From Obrimoposthia wandeli (Eukaryota): a stretch of 64,000 bases of DNA. The translations under genes and the position numbers were made by a program. This document shows, piece by piece, positions 11,380 through 22,135 of the stretch (its first letter is position 1; each line of letters opens with the position of its first letter). The DNA lies in the NCBI GenBank assembly GCA_977020255.1, contig CDROCS010002069.1, positions 62,001-126,000 on the forward strand, given 5' to 3'. The notes below the pieces were generated by a model. That model was not told where the DNA came from. It saw only the letters and a program-made list of their open reading frames with translations, and searched no databases.

Positions 11380-11937
11380 AAGATAAATCTATTTTTAGCA
11401 ACATTACGACTATTTGGTTGTTTAGGAAATAAATAACACAAGTGTGAAGATCTATATTAAACAAAATACATTCAATCAGATATTCATAATTTAAAGATTT
11501 AACACCGAGTATCATAATTTTCCCGCTAGCAAAAATGTTCACGCATAGGGGATTGTATTTGACGTATCGAAGTCCCGGGAAGATTTCTGGCTCGTAAACA
11601 GCTTCCAATCCCATACTCTTGCTCATCTTGTTTAGGTTTATTGATGTTTCTAGATTGCTGCTGAGACTGATTGATTGGATTCTTTCTATTTTTATATCAA
11701 AAGGAAGACTGCTTTCATCCAGCACTGTTTTGCAACCCATTATTCTGCATGTACCTAAATTATAATTATATATAAATGTAAAAATAAATTACCAGATTTG
11801 AAAATGATAATAGTGTAACCATCACACTTGAGTCGATACTGATGAGGCTTCGAAGTTCGAAATGGTAAGTGTTGAATGTTACTTACAACCATTCCGTTGT
11901 AATTAATATTCACTAATTTGATATTGTGAAGTAGCAT
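11378..11937 (-). CDS. Divergent TATA-binding-protein-fold protein, 173 aa. Predicted exons 11793-11937 and 11378-11754
   Basis: Removing the 38-nt GT-AG intron gives IIIFKSGTCRIMGCK (repeat 1) and YEPEIFPGLRY..VNIFASGKIMILGVKS (repeat 2) in one open frame. Confidence 0.85.
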
Positions 11938-12000
11938 TTATGATTATTATAAACTGATTTCTTCTATTTATACAATTTGAACATCTATTTTTAGATTTGC

Positions 12001-13002
12001 TTAATTGCCTATGCTATGAAATCTAATATTTCTTACTTGTCTAATAATAATTGTCTTGCAATATGGACATGTAATAAAACGATCTGAACATTTAATACAC
12101 GTGTTTAAGTGACCGCATGGTAAAAATGCCACGGAAATCGCATCGCTCATGCAAACAACACACTCGGGATTTGGTAAGAGGTACTCGAGATAATTTATAC
12201 GATGTTTTGGTTCAGATTTTATTTCTAAAAATCTTAAATCCGTTATAAACTCATATATAGAATCATATTTGTTACCGAATGTTTTAAACCTATTAACTAA
12301 AACGGCTTTGATTCTATCATGGCTATAATCACGTTTCAGCAAAACTATTTGACGAGTTTCCATCTGAGCATCAATTTCATCATTACTAATATGATATTCA
12401 ACAATACATCCGTTCTTGATTCCCATACTAGATGCTTTACAATCTCGAGTATGAAAGATTCTTTCGGGCATAGTATCAATAAGGTCAAGTCGGGGTACTG
12501 CTTTCCGACAGAAACAACATCGATAAGAATCATTCCAAATATATACATTATCGAAAATCGATAATGTAGGTATTTCAATATCATTAGAATAATTATTGCG
12601 CACAATAGCTACTTTATCCATTGGAGTTGTATCAAAATCAATTTGGGTGGTGTTGGAATCAATTATTGGTACGTTTGAAACATTCATTTTCAAAACAAAC
12701 GGGCATCTTGGGAAAAATAGCTGATGTCGCTTCATTGGTTTCAGATAGTACTCCCATCCCGATATTCCTCCCTGACAGTAAATACACTTTACATTATCTT
12801 TCGAATCATCGTGCTTGTAAAATCCTGCTTTTGCTAAAGCTTTCTTATCGGCTAAACCAGTAAACTTTGCTTGTAACGATTCTAATCTTCTTTCTTCATA
12901 TATCATATTTTCATTTATTCTTGAAATATTATCAAAACGCCGTCGTCTAATAGTGAGTTCTCCGTTTTCTGAAACATAATGTGCAATAAATTTAGTAGTC
13001 AT
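12001..13002 (-). CDS. iap: Inhibitor of apoptosis protein: BIR, degenerate BIR-like, UBA-like and C-terminal RING
   Basis: RLESL..AKAGFY..VKCIYC..GW..H..FPRCPF (BIR) and CVVC..FLPCGH..CIKC..CPYC (RING). Intact 333-aa ORF. Confidence 0.93.
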   Translation of the reverse strand: MTTKFIAHYVSENGELTIRRRRFDNISRINENMIYEERRLESLQAKFTGLADKKALAKAGFYKHDDSKDNVKCIYCQGGISGWEYYLKPMKRHQLFFPRCPFVLKMNVSNVPIIDSNTTQIDFDTTPMDKVAIVRNNYSNDIEIPTLSIFDNVYIWNDSYRCCFCRKAVPRLDLIDTMPERIFHTRDCKASSMGIKNGCIVEYHISNDEIDAQMETRQIVLLKRDYSHDRIKAVLVNRFKTFGNKYDSIYEFITDLRFLEIKSEPKHRINYLEYLLPNPECVVCMSDAISVAFLPCGHLNTCIKCSDRFITCPYCKTIIIRQVRNIRFHSIGN

Positions 13003-13046
13003 AACAAAATTGAATGATGAAATTGTCTAGCTTATATAGTAAGTGA

Positions 13047-13119
13047 AAATCTATTTGTAGACCACATTACAACTATTTGCAACTATTCGCAAGTAATGAC
13101 ATGTGATGTCTTTGTCTTA
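13047..13119. promoter_or_regulatory. Second copy of the 72-bp block, between divergently oriented iap and the + strand gene
   Basis: Matches 11308-11379. Flanked by TATA-like boxes at 13030-13039 (minus) and near 13120 (plus). Confidence 0.55.
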
Positions 13120-13154
13120 GTATAAACAATATTTTGATAATGATTTTATTGAAA

Positions 13155-13859
13155 ATGGATAATCAAAATAATCAAAATAATGAAAGTAGAGCTAGTACAT
13201 ACATAGGTTCTGGTAGTAATTTATATTCTAATATGAATTATAATAGAAATAATCAGAGAGAAAATATTAATCCATCAAGTCAAACAATAACAAGTCCTAC
13301 GCGCGTAACCGAAGAACGTGAGACCTTTAAGGATATGACAAATACTAGACGATAAACAAGAATGTTAACCAATTGAGACTAATCGATTTTCATAAACAAG
13401 AATATCGACCAATTAGAATCGAGCTTTGGAGGATAAACAATTGAATATTTCAATTTATAATTGTCAATATGAATTTCGAAAAGCTATATCAACCTATGCA
13501 TACATATTATGGATATGAGATGCACTTTTTGAAGAAAGCTCATAACTATAATTTTATTTTTCTTGTCAACATCGAGCCGCTAAAAATTTGATTTTGAAAT
13601 ATCAAATTTGACTTCTGTGGATAAAGAGAGAATCAATATTCTCTTGACTCAATTCGGAATCAACTATGCGCTTCAGGAAAACAAATTCGTAATCAAAGGA
13701 TCAACTGCCACTTTCATGCATGAGAATGGAACAATATACGAAGCACCTCCTCCTAAGCTAGAATGGATTATCTCAATCAGAATTCAAGGATGCAAGATCG
13801 GGCCCAGTGGATTGGAAACACCGATATGGAAAATAATTGATGCTGTTAGAGTTGACTAA
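13155..13859 (+). pseudogene. Frameshifted gene or genes of unknown function
   Basis: Asn/Gln-rich ORF followed by coding-like broken frames that end in the 83-aa ORF 13608-13859. Confidence 0.45.
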
Positions 13860-13980
13860 TAAATTTTTGTGTCTTTATTTGTATTATTTTATATATATAA
13901 ACAATAGTGATACTTTAATATTTATTATGAAAATGACTAAAAAACCTACTAAATAATTAAAGACTAAGGTTAAAAAGACT

Positions 13981-14292
13981 ATGAGTAAAAATACTATGAG
14001 TAAAAAGAAAATCATGGAGGGTTTGGGTATTCATATGATGGCGGCAAATCTTTTAGGTAGATGGTTTGGCGGAGTTGATAAAAAAGCTATAAAGCACAAA
14101 AAGAATGTGGATTATTTGAGAGGTATACAAAATCAGAAACGAGTGCAAAAAGGAGATGGTATACAAAAAGGGGATGGTATGCTTGATATTTTTGTAAAAT
14201 TAGATAAACTTACAAAAGCATTTGAAAAGGATCCTAGTGCCTATCTTGGTCCAAAACTAAACTTTTTAGCAAACCAACCAAAAACTTTGTAA
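13981..14292 (+). CDS. Lys-rich protein with two QKGDG motifs, putative core protein
   Basis: 103-aa ORF. An upstream in-frame ATG at about 13928 is cut off by one TAA. The motif resembles QKGSG and QSGG in the structural ORFs. Confidence 0.6.
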   Translation: MSKNTMSKKKIMEGLGIHMMAANLLGRWFGGVDKKAIKHKKNVDYLRGIQNQKRVQKGDGIQKGDGMLDIFVKLDKLTKAFEKDPSAYLGPKLNFLANQPKTL

Positions 14293-14304
14293 TTACATTG
14301 CAGT

Positions 14305-15108
14305 ACGTCTTTGTTAGACACTCACACACATATATATATATATATATATGTATAAGAATAAATGTTACTATTGATTACATAAAGATATATATACTTGTAA
14401 TACTTGTTACATAAAGATGCAAGTATTTGCAATATAGATGCGTGACTGTCTTTGTTAAATATAGGAACGTTTAAACATTATTATCAAATTATATAATACT
14501 TTATTTTATAAGTAGATAATTTAAATAAATAATAAAACACACACACGATATGTATTTTGTTGAATTGGTGTTAATACAGTCTTTAGATAAAAAGATATAT
14601 AGATTTAAAGTATGTTACTAAAAATAGAATATTTTTGACCTCACCATGACCTTAAGTTGTCCTCATAACGTCATGACCTTAACTTGACCTTAACTTGCCT
14701 TGACCTCATGAGGTCATGACCTTAACTTGACCTTAACTTGCCTTGACCTCATGAGGTCATGACCTACATCTTGTCCTCATCGTGACCTTAAGTTGTCCTC
14801 ATGAATTTAAATAAAAAATCATGTGTACTCGGGAGAAATTTGACCTACATCTGTCATAAAAAATTTGAGTTCAAAAATTTTCGCGCTAATTTCAAAAATT
14901 TTGCGCAAATTTCAAAATTTTCATGGAAATTTCAAACATTTTTAAAAAATTTCGCGCAAATTTCAAAAATTTTGACCTATATTTCAAATTTTTCGCGGAA
15001 ATTTCAAAATTTGACCTAAATTTTTTGTCCTCATCAAAAAATTTGACGTACATTTTTGACTTGTCCTCAGGGGGGGGCTTTGTTCCAGAAGTGCCACATC
15101 TACCTACT
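14305..15108. repeat. Right terminal inverted repeat region of copy A
   Basis: The outer ~48 bp and about 14305-14805 are reverse complements of copy B 57743-57790 and about 57998-58620. The intervening part is unique and AT-rich. Confidence 0.9.
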
Positions 15109-15960
15109 GTGTGTAAAATACTTTGGGATGAAGGAGTGGATGTTGATTGTCCATCTCAATTTTGTGTTTGGCAAACAGCGATAAGAAAACAGGATGAAAT
15201 TTAAAAAAAACATAAAAGAAATAATTAATAGTGGTGAACAAATTTGCTTACACTTCGATAGAAAAAGATTAAATAAAGAATTGTTGGATTTTTGTTTAGT
15301 TAGTTTCTCAAAAACCATACGATTATGAGATTTTTTATATTACAAAATTGTAAGGTTGATGCAATCACAATTGCTATTGGTAAACTGATATGTGTGTTTT
15401 ATACGGGAATGTCGATAAATATAATCATTTGTGACACGACTAATATTAATTAATATATGTTAACATTCTTGATCACGTATTAAGATTAATTGTGAACATT
15501 TTAATAGCAACAGCTTCTGTATCAACAAATAGGAATAATCCCTTTGAAGAAGAACTGCTAAAAATTATGATAGCTTGGTACAAAATTATATTACCAATTC
15601 AAATCAATCACATATTAATAATCCTGGCTAATGTGCTGGTATGAAATAATTATATTGGTTGTGTTCAGCTTTATGATATCAAAAAAAAATTGCCCAAATA
15701 TGAATCAAGAAAATTTTCCATAACTACATCAAGCCACATGGTATTCTAGGGCAATATGTGCAATACTTGTCTACTTTTAAATGAAAGTCTAAAACTTTGT
15801 AAAGTTTGTAAGACAATATCTAGCGAATTGACAAGCATATGGTTTAGTAATCAAAATTTTGTTGAAGTGGTTGAAAATTCATTGATAAGTGTCATAAATC
15901 ATTACCAAAAAACAATGATTTAAAATAAATTACAAGTATATATAAGACCAAATCAACTTG
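15109..15960 (+). mobile_element. Decayed DNA-transposase-like remnant into which copy A is inserted
   Basis: Broken frames CPSQFCVW..ICLHFDRKR and HQATWYSRAICAIL resemble the LHxDGK and ARWxSRA motifs of an invertebrate transposase family. Confidence 0.45.
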
Positions 15961-16694
15961 CAAAACTCCTAACAAATATATCTAAAACAAATTATCTAAG
16001 ACATACATATGGTGGAAGCTACTTACAAATTATGCATGTTGGTTTATAGAATTTTATAACATAAGTGTAATTAGGCGTGCATAGACCTCTATACACATAA
16101 ACGTATTTACGTGTGTATTTACACTCATTTGACTCAAATGCTTTCATACTATAATTTGATTAATTTTTAACAAATAAAAATTGAACTTGTTGTTTCATAG
16201 AACTCGGTACTATAGATTTACATATCATGATATTGACTATGTTAGATAAAAGAAACATAAATATTAAATAGTTGCAATTATTGCTCTGCGATAACGTTGG
16301 ATATCTAACTCGCTCGAGGACATAGCAACATTAAATTATGTAGTTAAAAATGCAATAAACATTCGTTTTTTTTAAATATTGTCAAAAACGGTCTAAATAT
16401 TTCTTAAATTACTCACAAAATCATTAAACAATGTAAAAATTAGTTAAAAAGTAGTTAAAATTATTCTAATACAAAATTACAGGAACAATCTATTCAAAAT
16501 TCTACTAGTAAATATACATAAAACAAATTACAAATCATTGGTAAATATTACTAAGATTATCTACTAGCAAAAACATTTCAAATATATAAAAATGTACTTT
16601 CAAAATCATTTCAAAACATTTTTACATGATTAAACTCGTAATATGTTGACAAATACAACCATGTACTTAAAACCATGAAATTCCAACTTTTTTT

Positions 16695-16950
16695 AACCCT
16701 TCATCTATGGACGACCATACCTTGATGGATGAATTCACCTTCTAAAAATGATTCCAACCATGTACTAAAACCTTGATGTTTTAAACTTGATTTTGTTTTA
16801 GCCGACCCCTTGATTTATGGACGACCACAACCCTTTAGATGTGATGGCCAACCATAGTAGACCTCAATTATACCTTCAAACCTTCAAGTCAAAACTGAGC
16901 CCAACCCTTTCATCTATGGACGACCACAACACCTTGGGTATGTTGGCCGA
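16695..16950. repeat. Three imperfect repeats of about 105 bp with core ATGGACGACCA
   Basis: The core occurs near 16707, 16817 and 16916. Probably subterminal repeats of a transposon. Confidence 0.6.
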
Positions 16951-17336
16951 CCATTAGAAGGATGAAGACTAGATCACTTGACCGCCTCCCCTATGATGAG
17001 ACGACTCAAAACTGAATTTGACCCTTTTCCATCCTTCTCCCTACTTATACTGTCTGCTGACTGTCCTTGCGGCTTCTGGTCTTTTTCTTTTCGTGGCGAT
17101 TTTCAATTTTCTCTATTATTAAAATGGCTTATTTTATGGAATTTTCAAATCCACTTGTGTTGTGGTGTCTCACGTGACTCTATTAGTAGTAGATTTACAG
17201 GTAACCTGAAGTTAATTGATTTCTCCATTTTGATTATGGAGTTAATTAAGTTTCCTTTTTTTCTTTTAATTTCTCTCTTTCATTTAATTTTAAGTCCTTG
17301 GCCAGAATTATAAATATAGCAAATAATTTTTTTTAT

Positions 17337-18906
17337 TGTTAAGATTAGAAATTTATAAAATTAAAATAAAAATTAACTATTTATTAAAAAAGTACACCTT
17401 AAATTAAAAATTAAATAAAATTTAGATAAGATTAAGAATAATTTCACAGTAAAAAATTAATTAAAAATAATAAAATCAAAATAATTTAGGACTTCGAAGA
17501 TGTGATGTGAGATGCGATATATGTAAGGATGATTTTAATAGAAAGTGCGAAAAATTAAGAGATCCCCAAGAAAGAAAGAAAAAGTTGATATTATCTCAGT
17601 AAAAAAGGAATTGAGGGAAAATAATTTGAAAAATTATTGTGGGAAACGGCATCTGTTCCCAGCCGCGAGAATCCGGCATCTGCGAGCCGGACTTGACTGG
17701 AGAGAAAGCACTTATCGGAAGTGCTTATAAGCAACTCTCGCTGGGAACCAACTGCTGTCAGACTCCTATCGAGGTAAGTGCACTTAATTTAAGTGGTTTG
17801 AATGATTGAGAGTTTTTCCCTTTTCAGAGAAGATTTTCGAGAGTAGAATCCACTATATAAGAAAAGACTATTCAGTGGCCGCACACATTTTTTAACGAGA
17901 TTTAATTAAAAGTGGAAAAAAGGAATAGGGAGGCAGACGAAAATTGGGAGTTTATTTGAAGAAAGAAGGAAATAAAAAACGAGCCAAGAATAACGGAGCA
18001 AGTCGAAAGTAAAAATACAGAATACGAATTAAAGTTAAAAAAAATGACATCAGAATCAGAAACTAATCAGGCAAAGATTGTGCAGATAACCGAAGGACCT
18101 AACAGCACTCGAAGGACGAATCGACAGCACGAGGTCAGACATAACATATGATCTTAGGACGCTCGGATATCGACAGAGAGCAGCAGCCCAACTCCGTGGA
18201 CTCATCAGTTATTTCGAAACCAAATGTGAAAAGTATTGAATTGTAATTTGACGAATATTGAATTATAATTTGAAAGACATTGTATCGTAATTCGAAAAGT
18301 AAAGGAACTATAATTTGAGACAATATTTGTATTGAACTCTGAAAGTATTGAATTGTGTAATTTGACAAATATTGAATTATAATCTGAAAGACATTGTATC
18401 GTAATTCTAAAAGTAATTGAACTATAATATGTAACTATTAGTAAAAAAATTGAACGTCAAATTTGCTAGGTAAGAAGAATTAAAATCAATACGTTAGGCT
18501 AGGGTCATCCTTGTTTACCCCGCGTGGAAACGAGCGTGGAAACGAGCGTGGAAACGAGCGTAATAGAACAAGTTATTGTCGTCTGTAGCACCCTTTTAGT
18601 TAAGTGTGAATTAATATATTATTTCCTACACATCGAGTAGAGTTAATTCGATCGACCCCACATAGGACTAGAGAGATACAAATTTCCCTATACACCACCT
18701 TACACTAACGGAAAACTATTCGGTGTACTACGAACATCACTATCTACGCAACTGCAAAACAAACACGAAAAAGAGGCTCTTCAGAACTGAGACTAAGTGA
18801 AATAAAACCAAAACGATAGGCCACATACATCTGTAAGCCCTATTGCTACAGAACTCACGTTGGGGGCCTCCATACGAGGAACTAGTTTTAAATAGAAACC
18901 CCAACA
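17337..18906 (+). mobile_element. Solo LTR A
   Basis: TGTT...AACA termini with TTAT TSD on both sides. The 3' end GAACTCACGTTGGGG..ATAGAAACCCCAACA is shared with LTRs B and C. Internal 93-bp and 12-bp tandem repeats. Confidence 0.85.
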
Positions 18907-19782
18907 TTATTAAATTCGTCCGTTTCTGGACTTCGACATAGTTTTAAAAAATTGTAGTTAATATGAATTTGTGGTAAATTTTATTGTATTTTCGTATAAG
19001 TTGAAATCCAAAAAAAACTTTTTAAACTCCAAGTTCATAATTAAGTTTTCATTTTAATAAAATTAAGTATTTTTTATAAAAAACATTATAATTTTTCAAT
19101 AAATGCAATCAAAAACATACTAGTTAATTTTCAATTGAAATAACAATGCTAAAAATTTATTTTCATAAATATTAAGTTAGTAAGTTTTTCAAAATTGTGC
19201 CTTACTATTGATTTTCATTGGGGTTTCTTTGTGTTCATACGTGTAAATTTGTGGTATTTTATTTTTTCTTATAATTTAACATTCTAAATTATTTTTTAAT
19301 CTACTATCTAGGCCAGAAATGACGCAATATCATATTAGCGATAGGATCTCTAATCAACTATCAAATCAACTACATATATATTAATTTTGTTAATTTTTCA
19401 TTTTAACTTATTAATGTACAAGAGGTGTACGATAAACTTTACATCTACGAATGATACTTTATGAATTTAAAAATGAATGCACTACAAAACAATAGAATAG
19501 CTTCAAAAATATCTGAACCCACAACTGTTCCAGATGCATGAAAAAACGATATTCTATATGAATACAATTAAAGCAATTTTCTTTGAAAGTAGCTAATAAA
19601 AATGTCATTTTAGAATCAAAATATATAATAGCTAATAGTCTTGACCTAAAATTTGACCCAATACTTTCTCGCTATATTTATAGATAATCAGTGAAAAGTA
19701 TCATTAAAATAATGTGACTGGTCAATTAGTTTTAAAATTTTTGTGAGTGTTCTAGTACATCTTTATTCAATACTAGGGAGAA

Positions 19783-20360
19783 ATGGTGAAAAAAGGTTTA
19801 TTTATTTTATTTGCTTGTATGTAAGTATATATATGTCTTTAAGTTTTTATAGCTCTTACTAAAAATTTGACACAAATTCATGTATTAATTTGGTTCTAAG
19901 AAAAACATTTATCGAAGGTGATCTTAATTACGCATTTAAATTTAATGAAAAAATATTTGTTAAATATAAAATAGGGACCTTAAATTTGTACTATCTATCA
20001 ATTAGGTGAACGACTCAATAGAATGATTAAAAGCAGATATGAAATGATCATTAAAGCATGGAACAATATCACAATATTCTATGGTTTGGTAAATTTTCTG
20101 GCTTTTTAATAAAATATTACAGCTAGGAAACATTCATAAGTGCTCCAAATATTGAATAGAATATCCCAATGTGCCATGAGACGGCATAAATTGGCACAAC
20201 CAAACTAAAGAAGGATCATTCTGTAAAACAAGTATTAATGCCATTATAATCGGAGTTTTATTGGTTAAGCACACTATTTCATTGAACCGTCTTTATAACG
20301 TTCTACTGTCAAATTTAGTACGAGAAAATATGATATTTTCAAAAATGAATGCTCATATCT
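19783..20360 (+). pseudogene. Possible secreted-protein gene fragment, NRF-6-like N-terminal domain, with in-frame TGAs
   Basis: Signal-peptide-like MVKKGLFILFAC, tiny GT-AG introns, and spliced KAWNNITIFYGL|LGNIHKCSKY*..GSFCK. Resemblance is weak. Confidence 0.28.
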
Positions 20361-21799
20361 TTTTGTAGGAATAACTTATCAAGAATCGGTTATTTCATAA
20401 AAATCCAAAGTTTCTCTCTAAACTTATATATCTTCATCGTTTTTCAAAACTTCCTATTTAAATTAGAAATATCCAAAGATAAGACACTATTTCTAAAATG
20501 TACTCAATATATTTCTAACTTTAAAATCATAATAATAGTTGATAAATAGCTAATTTACATCAATTAAATTTAAAATTAAGTTAATGAATAAGAAATGTGT
20601 TGAAAGAATGATGTACTTTGCATACAATAATATCACTAATCCAGATAATTAGCATTCTAGTAATAATGTTATAAAATAAAACTAAATAATAATATTTTAA
20701 TAAAGTTTTATGTTGAAGAAAAACTGAAGATTTATATCACAATAAAACTTTCACAACTTAATTCAATAACCTTTATTAAATAAATCACTTTGAATTTCAA
20801 CTTCATATGAATGTAAAACGAAAAATATAAATAGAGCTTCATTTATTAAGAAAAAACTAAAACAAAATTTATTCATCTCATATTGTCAGCAAATTATCCG
20901 ATATAACGATTCTCCCAGTTATAAAAACAAATATCCAAGCTACAATAACTAAACCTAGACATAATATATTAAATATCAGGTTTTCGATTTTCCAAGATCG
21001 TATGTACATGATAAAACTTTAAAACAAAATTTTAATAATCCTGTAAAGGTTCTACTTAAAAAAACTATTAAACAACATATTTTAAACTTTTAAAATATAT
21101 TTTATGTTTCACAACTTAATCAAATTTTATTTTAAAAAAAATTATAATAAGCCATATTTAATATGTTTATTTAAAAAATTATTTCATGCCTTTTTATAAA
21201 TTTATTAAAGATAACATTATATACTATATAATCATTAAAAATATTAGTCAATACATATATAGATTTAATTCTTTATATATTTAAAATAATTTTTAAAACC
21301 ATTTCGAAGTCAAAAACAACAGCTATATTTATTAAATTTAAAATATTTTTATTTACAAAAGTATACTTAAAATTAGTTGAAATTTTCACAATTAATAATA
21401 GGTATTGAATACACAAATATGTTAATTCAAATGTTTTAAATATAGTATTTTTCCTATCACTATTAGTGATAATAGCTATAATTATTTAAACAAACTTTAT
21501 TTAAATTTTTTTGTTTTGTAAATATTATATTTTACTATTAATAATAACATATATTCAATATATTTATATATTTTACAAGAGAAAAATATAAAATGTAATT
21601 ATCATTTAACTGCAAAGTATTTTTGTGGGTTTTTTTATTTTATTCTGTTAAACAACACGTTTTGTTTATTTTAAAGTTTTATTTGTATTTTTGTTATTTA
21701 AAACTATATTAATTACATTACAAAAAAGCAACATATATAGAATGACTTTTGTTACAGGTATGTAGGTAGCCTTTATCAAAGAATTGAAATAGTTCTGAA

Positions 21800-22135
21800 T
21801 AATTACATATGCATATAACACAGCTTGAAGTCATGAAGAGTAGATAACGTTCATTGCAAGGATAGGCACAAAGTGGAACATCACATTCTCGGAATTTTCA
21901 TTTAGTGGAAAACAGCGACCGCTAGAGAGGTTACTGTTGCTGGGCAGGAAAAATCTTTGTGGTCAAAATTGACACTTTTATATAGCCACCTTTCCGACGA
22001 GCCTGGCAAGGCGAAACGGGGTTTTTAACCCGTCGGAGGCTGATAAAGAATACCTCCCTGGTTGTGGGCATAACAGTAAAATGTCAATTTAAATTGACTT
22101 ACTTAATTTTGAAATGAATTTTAAATTCCAACAAA
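21800..22135 (+). mobile_element. Penelope-like element 3' fragment with a degenerate hammerhead at about 21985-22040
   Basis: CCGACGA-GCCT GGCA AGGC-GAAAC-GGGG..CCCGTC-GGAGGC. The downstream sequence matches 35403-35500. Upstream residues VAGQEKSLWSKL resemble a GIY-YIG C-terminus. Confidence 0.6.

Larger units (their letters stand above)
1..15108 (-). mobile_element. Polinton/Maverick (adintovirus-like) copy A, partly decayed; left end outside the window
   Basis: Complete Polinton gene set (pPolB, protease, MCP, penton, integrase, ATPase). Ends in ...CATCTACCTACT at 15108, the reverse complement of the copy B left end AGTAGGTAGATG at 57743. Confidence 0.95.
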
